A stretch of DNA of 64,000 bases, taken from positions 4,157,214 to 4,221,213 of the forward strand of contig CAJINV010000002.1 of NCBI GenBank assembly GCA_905178155.1. Reading direction: 5' to 3'. This DNA comes from Amoebophrya sp. A120 (lineage: Eukaryota > Protista > Dinoflagellata). Position numbers and translations under genes: made by a program. Position 1 is the stretch's first letter, and each line of letters starts with the position of its first letter. The notes below the pieces were generated by a model. It was not told the origin of the DNA and did not search any database. It saw only the letters and a list, made by a program, of their open reading frames with translations. Below are positions 1 through 12,900 of the stretch, piece by piece.

Positions 1-32
1 TCACAACTACGATAGTACTTTTGCAATGCAGA
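1..32. mobile_element. Introner family A, right end only
   Basis: GATAGTACTTTTGCAATGCAGA right TIR. Confidence 0.7.
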
Positions 33-3000
33 GCTGTATCCTTTCGACAAGGTACCGGCGATGAGTTGCTTGGAGGAAGGAAAAATCCGGTCGATAACAG
101 TCAGTTATGCAAGAAAAAATCTGTGTAAGTCAAAGTCTGTGATGCAGCGCATGCAATACAGTTACGCCTGTCATGCTGGCTAGCCATAAAAAACTCCACT
201 TCTTTTCAAATGTGTTTTCACGTAATATTAGCGGTGCATGAGAGCAGGTTTTCTTGCCATGCAGAGCAAACTTGTCATGCTCTGAGCACTTCAAGACGCT
301 TACACTTACACAGTTGTTTTGTTGCATATCAGTGACGAGGTGAACGCGAAACAGCTGCCCGCCGGCATGACCACTGCTTTCGTGGTGCCGAAAAAGTCAG
401 CTGCAGGGGTTTCCGCGACTAGTACAGCCAGAATCAATATCCCGTACCGAACCACTTCAATTCGCCCGTCAGACGTCGAACTGGTGCCGTATGGCGTTCT
501 CAAACGTTACATTCATTCTCAACTTGTTACATTCATGATTTGTAATGCAAGAACGGCAACAACCAAAGGGACAAGCGTGCTGCTTTCGCATCACAGATTT
601 GGCACAGATTCAGATGCTGTTTAGCCCTGCTTCGGAAATTTGTCATGCGAAGCACCTGCTTGATCATCTGACGGCTTAAGATATTTTTGCATGACAAATT
701 CATGGAACAGTTAAGAATGCAACGTTTGAGAGCCCCATATGCCCCGCTCGCAGCTGTTCGCGTGGCAGTCGACCGTCTTGACCTATTTATGCATTGCAAA
801 TATGTCTGGGTCTGGAAGGAGAAGGTTGCAACTTGTGATGCTACCTCAGGACTCTAAAAAAAATGAAAATCTGTATTCCATGACCAGCAAGAGGAGTCCA
901 GTGTGTGCTATGCGGGGAGGCCATTTCTCATGCGGAGTAGGCATCAGGGAGCCGTCTAAAAATCTGTGATGCTACGTCATGCATTACAGGCGTTATGGGT
1001 CATGGAAAATCTGCATGACAAGTCTTGCAACCTTCCAGACCCAGACACTTTTGCATTTGATACTATTCCGGGACAAACGAGCCCTACGTGGCGACGAATG
1101 GGTTGAGCTATGTGCAGGGCACCCCCGGGCAGATTACCGGCGACTCAACGGACCCCCAGTGGGGACCGGTGGACTCCTTCGGCGTGCACACGGACCAAGA
1201 CAGCAGTAACGCGGGGGCCTGGTGGATCGCGTCGTTTCGGGATAAGAAGCCCAGGTTTGTCCACAAGATGCGGTGGTTTACCAGGGATTGGTTCGATTTT
1301 AAAGCAGCCTTCGGCGCCAAGCTGTATTTTGACGGTAGTCTCAACGCCGATACCATGACCCTGCCCACAGACACAGACGGGTCCTTCACCAACTTGGGCG
1401 CGGGGTCTTCCTTCGAAAATTTCGGGTTTGACGTGATCCTAAACAAGGTCTTCTGGCAGATCAAAATCGAAGTCGTGCCCGCGACGAGGAGCGACGGCAG
1501 CAGCGACAAAAATATCAAAGACCACATTATGGCTTGCTCAGAAGATGTATACAATCTCAAACGTTACAACAGATGAATCTGAAACTTCAACTTGTCTTGC
1601 ATGAACAGCATGAGTACCATACAGAGGCTTGGGCTTTTCGCAGCACAAATTTCGCCAGATTTATTTTCATGGGGTTTGTAGTTCCGAAAGTTGTCATGCG
1701 AAATCGTGTAGCAGTAAGCTAGATCCTGCACTTCTTGCGTCAGAGATTTCCAGACTCTATTGCAACGTTTGAGATTGTAACGTTTGAGCAGGTCATACAC
1801 ATGTTTACGGGCGCGCACTTCTACCAACTCCGTCCCCATCTGGTGAACCTGCCCGCTTACACGGAGGTTCGCGAAAATTACTTCAAGGGAGTGAAACAGG
1901 TTTACGTACTGAGAGGAAAAATTCCCCCTCCCCATATTGGAAACGCGTCCGGCTGACTATTTGCGATGCAGATTTGCGACCACAAATCCTGTCTGTCTTG
2001 CAAGAAGGCAACTCCAGAGAGTTGGCCTCATTCCGCCGGCGGTTTGTAATGCTGTTGGTCCTACGGCGTAGACTTTTGTCATGTTGGGCGCCTATGTCAA
2101 AACGTCTCTGCTCAGGCTTAGCATATGACTGCAGTCCTCTACTGCAAGACAAGTTTACGCAAATCCAGCATCAGAAGTTTCGTTTTGGCAGAAAAAAAAA
2201 GAAAAAAACAAAATGGTCCCCTTGGTCGTCTCAGCTAGCCCGCAAGGGCCCCGTTCCCGCCAGCCGAAAGGCATGGCGTTGGTTGCTCATCATCTCGTCC
2301 TCGCCAGCCCGTAGGCACGGCGCTGCTATCCTGTCGTCGTTAGCGCGAGTCTTTTACTTGAGAGTGGGAACAGGGTTGCTAAATTAAAGACTGCGCCCGC
2401 TAAGGCAGCACCCCCCTTCCCCAAGGGGCCCCCCGGGGCGGGCGCGGTGGCGGCTCTGCTAACGCGGAGCTCCAAAGTCCGACTCTACCTATGCGCATAT
2501 AAAGGTAGGGCGCGCGGAAATAGGTCGGCAAGGTGCTTGAAAGGGGCGTGCTAGCTTTGGGGTTGTCCGTCATCGTGATAGGGTCAACGTGTGTGACCAA
2601 TAGACCCCCAGTATATTCTAGCGCGCAACCGACCACAGAAGCAGTAGCGTTCAACGTTTGTAAGAATAACCCAACAAGGCAACGCTGGAGCTCCACCTTG
2701 CTCGCGGGCTTGGATGGTAAAGCAGGTCAGCCACATCTAGCGCCCACTGGCCGTATGCACGCGTAAGAAATCGGAAACGGTTCGGCGGATGCGGTCGGGT
2801 GGTACCTGTAGGACGTGGAACGGGTGTCCGCCTAGGGGTATTGGCAGGGGCTAAATCTGTTCTAACGCCACGGTATTGGCAGAGGCTAAATCTGTTCTAG
2901 CGCCGCCCTGACAGGAGTCAATCAAAGGTCAAAGCGATGCGATACGGTACGGGGCGGGAGGATTTTTCCTTTTGATAGCGCGCCAGCTCGGTTTTCGACT

Positions 3001-6000
3001 CTTCCCTAAAGCAGAATGAGACGAACGTCCCGACCCAAGCTGACCTGATGGAGCTGAAAGCAGACGGCATGATGCTCACGGCAACCGCGTCGCGGTCCGA
3101 TGGCACCACGTATTCTGCCGCACACGTCTTGAAGTACGAAGCGGGGGTCGTCACCGGTTCGGGTCACGACAACGTGATCAACTATTGCGTGAAGCACGGC
3201 GACGGGAGTAGTTCCACCCAGCCGGAATTCGCGGAATACTTCTGGACCGACCGACTTCCGCGGTTCGTGACCAAGATCCGGCTGTTTAAGGAGACGGGGA
3301 CCAACGGGGATACCATTCAAAACGCGAAAATTTACCTCGACGACGTTTTGGCCGGGACGCTGCCGAAGAAGATCGCTTCCGGGTCGTCCGTATCAAATGC
3401 AAAAATGTCTGTCATGCTGCTTTTGCATGACACAGAAGGTCTGGCATGGAAGCTCTAGCATCACAGGTTTCGTCGAGAAGCTTCCGCAATGCCGAATCTG
3501 CATTACAAGTGCCCGACTTTGATGACAGAAAGTAGTCGGCAGCTTTTGCTGCCTATCATGCATGATAGATTTTTATGTGTTGTGAAATGCGCATCACAAA
3601 TTTGGATTCTTCCAGAGGATCCAGACATGTTTGCATTTGATAGGCCGTCTGTGAACCTCTGTTGAACACCGACTACGCGGGCGACGCTGCATATGGATGT
3701 GTCAGGATCGAAATCAACAAAATCGAAATGATTTGTGATGCATAAACGCGATACCAGTTGGAACCTCAGTTTCCAAGTGGCGCATGACAAATTTCGGGAG
3801 CATCAAAATCCAGTTTGTCATGCTGTTTGGGCAAAGAAGACCGCTCCTGTCATGCTACTCCGGCAGCGCGTCGCCCTTCCCTAAATGGGCTTGCAATCGG
3901 TCTCATTTATTGCCTGCTACCCAACACAGACCTGACTTGCCCTACATTTTACGCATCACAAATTTTTCGATTTTGTCAATTTCAATCCTGACACCCCCAT
4001 ACTGCAACGTCAACGATGACCTCCGGAAAGACGTGGCAGGAATGCGTCCGCGGCTGTGCGGAAAGCTCCACGTGTATGGCGCGGAAAAATCCCCCCTCCC
4101 CATACCAAAGCGGGATACCTTTGAAAATTTGTGATGCTGATTTGAGACCACAAATCGTCTCCGTATTGCAACAAGGCAAATCCAAAAACCTGGCCGCGTT
4201 CTGCAGGTAATTTGTCATGCTGTATGGCCTGCGGAGGACATGCCTGCCTTGCTAGGCGCCTACACCAAAACGCACCTTCTCCCGCTTTGTGACTGCCGGC
4301 ACTCTTCTACTGCAAGACAAGAGAGCCGATTTGTGTACACAAATCCCGCGTCACAGATTGCAAAATGAGGCGCCATAGGCCAGGTTGAAAGCTTCGATCC
4401 AAAAAAGATTCCGACAGCCTGGTACTAGACACTGAAAAGAGCAGCTTTTTCCTCTTATATGATAGCCCTTGACTTGTATACTTTGAGATGTTTTTTGACA
4501 TCACCGGGCCAACTACTGTCAAGGACTCTGCAATCAACATTAGGCATGACACAGCAAACAGAATGGAATGAAGCGAGCTACTTGTAATGCATGATAAAGC
4601 TATCAGCTATAAAAGGGCGAAGCTATTCCGTGGGGAAACAAGAAAAGAAAGAGAAGCAAGAGAAGTAGCCGACGCAGATAAGAAAAGCCACCACAGAGCG
4701 ACGACAGCCATGACAAAACTCCCGCTGCTACTTTCTGAAGCCGCATGAAAGAAGTAGGGGATAAGGGCCATGAGTTGCTTATGCGGGTAAGTTGTGCAAG
4801 GGCTGGACGGGAGGGTAAGTGAGGTCAGAGTGTTGGGGATGTCCTAAGTTGGCAACTATAGGCGTGAGAGGCATTTTCCTATAGTTTTTTACATTTTAAC
4901 CACTACGGCTTCTGTTGCTCTTCTTGAAAGAGCGTCTCGTTGTTGGGCGATCGTTCTGACAGCGCTCCTCTGGGGCTGTCGCGGGGGATGCTTGCGACCA
5001 TATTTTTTGTATAATGATTGGAACATGCCGCGCCTATTAGTACAACGATGGAGATTTGTCCGGCACACCATCGCGAGTCATTTAGATAGGGCGCTTACTC
5101 ATTTTTTTAAGTCTAGGAAAAGACACGCAACTGGGGACGGCACGCTATTGCGCATCTAGCTTCCGCCAAGTCCAGAAGAACGAGCCAAGGACGCTCCCAC
5201 CAATGCAGCAGCGGCCGACCCAGGGTGGTCGAGTGTCGTCCAGGCCGACGGCGGTAGATTCTACTGGAGGCGGGGGCTAGATTTTCAATAGTGGGGGAAA
5301 GATGTCAGGATATGTATGAAGTTTCGTTTCTCTATACCCAAATGCGACCCATATAGGAGCCTTGCTCCTCCGTCAGCATGCGTATAGCATTTGGGTGCAC
5401 TACTGTGTGGAAGGCTCTGCTACTAAAGCTAACTTTTGTCATGAACCCACAGTCAGGTGTCCCGGTCCCGGTTTATATGAGGGGGCACATTGACTCTAGC
5501 TGTAGCATTTCCGAGCGGCCGGATTTCTACAAGCACTGCCTTCGCTCATGCAGTGCTAGTGACATCTTTTAGGGGGGTGCTTACCCTTTTGCATGTTCGA
5601 GTTTGCTTCGTTATTTCTTTTTTTTGATGATGATGATAATGGTTTCTTCTGGCTAGCCCGTCTAAAAAGGGCAATGATCTCCCAAAAGGCATGCTTTGAT
5701 GGGTTTAGGGCTTCGAAGAAATGGCATCGCGTGACGCGTGACGGGAGCACGCAATGTATGCGCAGCGGGCGGGTACCGTTCTCGCCGTAACACAATTCCA
5801 GAAAGAAAGAAAGAGTGATCACATTTTTTTTTTGTGTAGATCACATTTTGTGTAGATCACATTTTTACGTGCGTTTTTTCGGCATCGGCGGCATTCGCAC
5901 TTCGAACCCGGAGTAGTTTCCAAAAGTCCCTCGGCATCTGGGTCATAGTACAGTTTCAGGGTTCCGCGTTTGCTAAATGCACGGCTTTTCGCACTTAGGT

Positions 6001-6876
6001 CACTAGTATCGCCTGTTCCAAATCAGCTCGACCATTTAATATTCGTGGACCTCCCCTTAGAGGAAGCGGGTGCGCTCGGTGGGCCGTTTTCATAGGTTGG
6101 TCATGGGGGACCTGCTCCCCATTTGTAATGCATGACTGGCCGCCGAAGATCTCAGTTTGCATTTGCGTGCTCGAGTACCGGGGCGCAGGAAGGCGAATTA
6201 GTTCTAATAGATATTTTGAAAAATTCTAATCTCTTCGTGCAGCGGCTTACTGCACATACAAATATTCTCGACCGATATCTTTGTATGTGGGCGCGCAGAA
6301 ACTTTTTTTCGATTTACTACGACCCCATCTACCTCCCCTGGTGGACGTCTGCCGCGGCTTACGGCTCTAGACGTTAACTAGGATTCAGTGCGTTGTGCGG
6401 GGTTTAGGGTTCAAAGTAATTTTGTATCTCCCACTGCTGCATGCACTCTGCTGGCGATCTTATCATGCAAAACAACCTCCGGGTTGTTCCCGCGTATCAG
6501 GAGTAGTCCTGGTGCGTGAGGGCCGCAGAAGATGAAGAAAGGTGATGGTTTAGGGGGTTCGCCGATTTTGTACATGTGTGATGCAAAAGATGAAAAGAAT
6601 TTCGCGCGTGGGAGCGCATTAGTAAGCACAACGGGTGGGTGCCGTTCTCACCGTAACACAAGCCCACAAGAACAAGAACATGATCCGCTCCCGCAGGCAA
6701 AAAAAATTTGCGACCACAGATCCTCTCTGTCTTGCACGAAGGCAACCCCACAGGCCCCGCAGTATTATGTAGGCAGTTTGTGATGCTATTGGGCCTACAG
6801 CATAGACGTTTAGCATGCTAAGCACCTAGGCCAGCGCCTCTCTACTCGGGCTTGATATGGGCTTGCAGTCCTCTAG

Positions 6877-6918
<42 letters not shown>

Positions 6919-9900
6919 NNNNNNNNNNNNNNNNNNNNNNNNNNNNNNNNNNNNNNNNNNNNNNNNNNNNNNNNNNNNNNNNNNNNNNNNNNNNNNNNNN
7001 NNNNNNNNNNNNNNNNNNNNNNNNNNNNNNNNNNNNNNNNNNNNNNNNNNNNNNNNNNNNNNNNNNNNNNNNNNNNNNNNNNNNNNNNNNNNNNNNNNNN
7101 NNNNNNNNNNNNNNNNNNNNNNNNNNNNNNNNNNNNNNNNNNNNNNNNNNNNNNNNNNNNNNNNNNNNNNNNNNNNNNNNNNNNNNNNNNNNNNNNNNNN
7201 NNNNNNNNNNNNNNNNNNNNNNNNNNNNNNNNNNNNNNNNNNNNNNNNNNNNNNNNNNNNNNNNNNNNNNNNNNNNNNNNNNNNNNNNNNNNNNNNNNNN
7301 NNNNNNNNNNNNNNNNNNNNNNNNNNNNNNNNNNNNNNNNNNNNNNNNNNNNNNNNNNNNNNNNNNNNNNNNNNNNNNNNNNNNNNNNNNNNNNNNNNNN
7401 NNNNNNNNNNNNNNNNNNNNNNNNNNNNNNNNNNNNNNNNNNNNNNNNNNNNNNNNNNNNNNNNNNNNNNNNNNNNNNNNNNNNNNNNNNNNNNNNNNNN
7501 NNNNNNNNNNNNNNNNNNNNNNNNNNNNNNNNNNNNNNNNNNNNNNNNNNNNNNNNNNNNNNNNNNNNNNNNNNNNNNNNNNNNNNNNNNNNNNNNNNNN
7601 NNNNNNNNNNNNNNNNNNNNNNNNNNNNNNNNNNNNNNNNNNNNNNNNNNNNNNNNNNNNNNNNNNNNNNNNNNNNNNNNNNNNNNNNNNNNNNNNNNNN
7701 NNNNNNNNNNNNNNNNNNNNNNNNNNNNNNNNNNNNNNNNNNNNNNNNNNNNNNNNNNNNNNNNNNNNNNNNNNNNNNNNNNNNNNNNNNNNNNNNNNNN
7801 NNNNNNNNNNNNNNNNNNNNNNNNNNNNNNNNNNNNGTTGTTCCCGCGTATCAGGAGTAGTCCTGGTGCGTGAGGGCCGCAGAAGATGAAGAAAGGTGAT
7901 GGCTTAGGGGGTTCGCCGATTTTGTACATGTGTGATGCAAAAGATGAAAAGAATTTCGCGCGTGGGAGCGCATTAGTAAGCACAACGGGTGGGTGCCGTT
8001 CTCACCGTAACACAAGCCCACAAGAACAAGAACAAGAACAAGTGATCCGCTCGCGCAGGCAAAAAAAAAAAATCCCGCGTCACAGATTTCCACTTCGATA
8101 TAGGGGGGGAGGATTTTTCCTTTTGATAACCTGCAAGCACTTGGTCCACGTCCCCGCTGGTAATGTGGCTGGGGCCGCGAAACTGACGGATGGCACCACG
8201 GGATACTGCCACTTCAAGACCGTGGAGCAGGCCGTCGGTATCCTGTGCAAAAGTATCGTATTCGGATTGCAGTCATGCACTACAAATCCTTTTGTTAAGT
8301 CACATCCGCATATACAAATTTTATTTCTCACGCTGAGGAAATTTGTATATGCATTTATACGAGTGCGATACTTTTGCAATTCATAGTCGGGGATGCTACG
8401 CGATATCCTAAGGAAAAGCGTCCTCTTCACCCCATAGTCAAGATGGGAAATAATTTGCTACACAAATCAACAAGCTTTGGCTGAAGATGTTGCGCATCAC
8501 AAGTCTGACCTCGTCGTATGTAGTGAGGTCACGAACGTTCTATCCTAGCTGTTTTTTTGCCAGGTCTTATGCAAAACGGCCGGCAGTTTTCAAGCGGCCG
8601 GAAGTGTTTTTTGAGATAAAAAATTTCCAATTATCAAGCGGCCGGGGCTTTGCCAACAAACAAGCCCGGTCGAAAACTATCGATTCGCACTTGATAAAAC
8701 GACGCAGGGGAGCCGGCAAAAGGGGCGCCCTTCTGAGGCGTCCACCGCCTTGGTTTCTGGCGGTTTGGGGCGCCCAGAAAGGGGCGCCCAAAAAGCAGCA
8801 CTCCGAAAAAAACAGCGAATCGGCATGGTATGGGCCTCATTTTGCCCCACATTCGGGCCCCGCAAGAAACGCCTTCAAAATCCGCCATTTCAGAGGCTGA
8901 CTGAAGGCCAGAAGATGCGGCATCTTGACAAAAAAAAACAAAAAAAACTAAGTCCGCCAAAAGCAAAAAGCCAATCCGCATGCTATGGGCCCGATTTGGG
9001 GCTCCCAAGGGGCCGACCCTGGCGCGGGCCCTGGCGGAGCCATAGCATGCGGGGAAGGTTTTTCGATTCGAAACCAAATGGAGGCCGCCTCGCTCTGGAT
9101 TGAAATTTTTATCGACCGCCGTGCCGTCGTGCATAACATTACTCACGATGGCATGGTGGGCAGAGAAGTTGCGTCTTTTTTGGCGTGAAGGCAAAAAGAC
9201 CGCCATGACCTCACTACCTCCGCGGACGCGGCTATTAATGGTATTGTAACTAATCCTGTTTTGCACAGCTCGCGCATCAACTATATCACAGATCCAGCCT
9301 ATTATGCTGATTCGAGCATATTGACAAACTCCAAAACACGCTTAGCAAATGCTTCTCATGGGGTTCCGCATGAAAAACCTTTTGAGCATGCAGATTTGCA
9401 TGACAGCTTTGGGAGGTTCGCGGGGACGTTTTTACATAGGATACGCGAAACACGGTCACGAACAGCCTGGACATTATGAAATGCAAAAATGTCTGGGTCT
9501 GGAAGGACCCGAACTTGTGATGCGCATTTTAGAACACAGAAAAATCTCTCATGCACAGGTGGTAGCAAAAGCTGCCGACTTTCTGTCACCAAAATGGGAG
9601 ATTTCTCATGCGGGTTCGGCATTGCGTAAGCTTCTCGAAACCTGTGATGCTAGAGCTTCCATGCCAGCCCTTCTGTGTCATGCAAAAACAGCATGACTCT
9701 TGCTCTTCCAGACCCAGACACTTTTACATTTGATAGACATGACACCGGAATGTCGAGAGGACGTGATGAGCAACTACGACCCGATATCCTAAGAAAAAAT
9801 GTCCCCACCCAATAGTCAAGTTGGTAAATGATCTGCAACACAAAGAACCTCCAAGGTTTGGGAGTTGTGCATGACAAGTGTCCAACATCTCCTGCAGTGT

Positions 9901-12900
9901 AGTGCTGGTAGGCAGCAAGTAGGGAAGCCGCATGAGAAAGCCACTTATTTCTCATCCTGTTTACAGCATTACAGATTTTTCCAAAACATCACGACTGGAA
10001 AAAATGCCTCTCAAGGAGATGCGCATTACAAATGTTTACTGTGATCGCAAATCTGCATGACAACTACCAGCCTTGCCCCGGCTGATACCGGGGCGCAAGG
10101 CTGTTGGGGCGGGGCAGGACTATTTGCGGATCGGGCCACAATGCCACAGGCCTACTATGCATAATGAAGCACACTGGAGTCCTGCCACCTGTTTGCGCGG
10201 CGCCAACCCGCGCGACCACTTGCGCGCTTCCCGCGCCTGTGGGCGCTCTGCGCAGGGAGCAGCTGCAAAGGACACCGGGGGCGAACAGAAGAAGGGTAGC
10301 GCGAGAGGGTGCGCGAGAGGGTTCGGGCGAGCCTATGCATGAAAAGGCCACAGAAGAATCAGCCTCGTGCCGGGCGGTTTCGGGTTTTTCTACCCCTCTC
10401 GCAGACCCTCTTTTTGACCTCTCCCGAGAGGTGTTGCTAATAATCCGGCTATACTCGCCGGCAGAGGTCTGCAGAGGTGGCCGAGAGGTGGCCCAGAGGG
10501 TGCGCGAGAGGTTCGCCCTTATTCGCGCAACCTCTCGGCACCTCTGTCCCCCTCTCGCACACCCTCTCCCGAACCTCTCGGCCACCTCCGTCCCCCATAG
10601 GCGCGGCTTTAGGGTGAACGGTTCGGCTGGCTATACCCGCGCTACCTCTCGGCCGCCCCCTCGAATGACCTCCCGCGCCACCTCTCCACCTCTGTCGACC
10701 TCTTTTTGACCTCTTTTTGACCTCTTTTCACCTCTTTTTGACCTCTCGGCCACCTCTCTGCTATCCTCTGTAGACCTCTTTTTTCGCATGAATATAATAG
10801 ATAGTAATGTGGTCGTGGGGACGTTTTTCTTCAGGATACCTGAGGCAAAACATTTTCGGCACCGATTTCCACATCAACCAGGTGGTCACGATATCCTGTG
10901 CAAAAGTATCGTGCTCGTAGTAATTGCAGTCATGCATTGCAAATCTCTCTCTTAAGGAAAATCAGCATTACAAATTTCATTTTTCATGCTGAGGAAATTT
11001 GTAACGCATTTTATAAATACGACGAGTACGATAGTACTTTTGCAATTCATACACGAAAATAAAACTCGAGTCCGCTGCCAGTAACCGCCAACTGGCGTTT
11101 TGTGGGTTGCAGGTGTTCTACTTGGTTCCGAAAACTTTCGCCTACGCCATGGACCCCGGTGTTTCCGACTTCGACCTGCACGCCGCCGAGTTGCCCTATG
11201 GCGTAGTTCCCAAATGTTACATTCTCAAATGTTACATTTTTGCAATGCAAAATTACAATCAGAATCGACACGATCAAGCTGCAATCCTGCGCAAAAGTAT
11301 CGTACTCGTACTAGACTACTACGCCGGCGTCCAGGACGCCGGCGATAGGTCGTCAAGTAAATCTAAACGCAAATAAGAAACAGGAAAAAACTTGGCGAGC
11401 CTGGGGGCGAAGGCTAGTCGAGAGAGTCCTACCATTGGGAATCTGCTAGCGGAGACGCGACCACTATTAGAAGCCCTCCGGGCGGAGGTATTAGCATGAC
11501 AAAACAGGCCCGCGCTTGCTAGTAACGCTAAAGCCCTTCACTACCACTCGTAACGGTCCGCATTAGTGGGCGCGCTCGCTTTCGTCTCCTAAGCTTCTAG
11601 CCCGCCCCATCCTCCCGGCCGCGGGCCTTCGCCTGATCCCCCTCTTTTGGGCTGTTTGAATTCTAGAAAGAACCACCCGCAACGCCCCTCCTGCCTTTCC
11701 GCCGGCCCCTTCATTCTGAAGAAGCTCGCTAAGTGAGACCGATAGAAAAACTCCTAGAACGGCCCCCCCTACTCGTCAGCCCCTAATATGGAGCGCTCTC
11801 TAATCTATAAGGGCGAGAAATCGGAGGAAAAAAGCGCTGCTGTTGTGTTATTTTCTTCCCGTGAGGAGGACGCACATGCAGGATTTCGATTTTTGGTCCC
11901 CACAATGCCAGTCGTTTTCTTCGGCGCGTCTCCTTCGGAAGAGCTCCGAGAGGCTCCCCTTTTTGCAGGATCCCCGGCGAAGTTGTCCAGTAGCCCCGGC
12001 AAAATTTTAAAGGATCCGAGGGTCCGGCAATTTTGCAGAAGCCTCGGCCTTCCTTTTCTCCAGGCCCCCGACGAAATTTAGCAGGAGCGTCTGCAAAAAT
12101 TTGCACGCAGGATCCGCGGGCCCGGGCGGCAATTTTGCAAAAGCCCCGGCCCCTTTTAGCAGGGTCCGCGACTAAATTTTGCTGAACCCCCATTGAAGTT
12201 TCGCAGGGTCCGGGGCCCGGCAATTTTGCATGTGGCCCCCGCCTCCCTTTTTGCAGGGTCCCCGAGGAAATCTGGACGGGGGGGTCTGCGACATTTTGCA
12301 GGGTCCGGGGGCCCGGCAATTTTGCAGAACCCCCGCCCCCGTTTTTGCAGGATCCCCGAGGAAGTTTCGCAGTAGCCCCTGCAAAATTTTAAAGGATCCG
12401 GGGGCCCGGCCATCTCGCAGAAACCCCGGCCCCCCTTTTTGATTGCAGGCCCCATAGATATATCTGGGGATATATCTGGGGATATATCTGGGGATATATC
12501 TGGGGATATATCTCCCCGATATATCTCCCCGATATATCTCCCCAGACATGTCCCCAGACATGTCCCCAGACATGTCCCCAGATATGTCCCCAGACATGTC
12601 CCCAGATATGTCCCCAGACATGTCCCCAGATATGTCCCCAGACATGTCCCCAGATATATCCCCAGATATATCCCCAGATATATCCCCAGGCTTGCGGCCG
12701 GGTGGTGGTCGTTGTGTGGGGCGGTGGGCTCGCTCGCTCTGCCGGGGTGGGGGCGCTCTTGCACCTCCCCCCCCTACCCCCCCCCGATGGCGCCGGTGCC
12801 GGAGGGTAGCCAGAATAGCGATGCTAAACACCGGCCCGGCGGCTTTTTTGCGGCTCCCCCAGGCGGGGGCATTTGCGCGCTAGCCTGCCACGGGCTCAGG

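Larger units (their letters stand above)
4360..8069 (+). mobile_element. Non-LTR retro-type insertion (degenerate or composite)
   Basis: 19-bp duplication AAATCCCGCGTCACAGATT (4341-4359, 8070-8088) and 3' poly-A; no intact ORF seen. Confidence 0.65.
4075..8128. mobile_element. Introner C carrying a retro-type insertion
   Basis: TSD acgtg/acctg; spans N-gap. Confidence 0.82.

Noticed and set aside
5701-6410. Telomere-like GGGTTTAGGG
   Set aside because: Isolated single copies with no array.
6826-7983. ORFs of 338-385 aa
   Set aside because: Artefacts of the N run; the same applies to 28657-29364.
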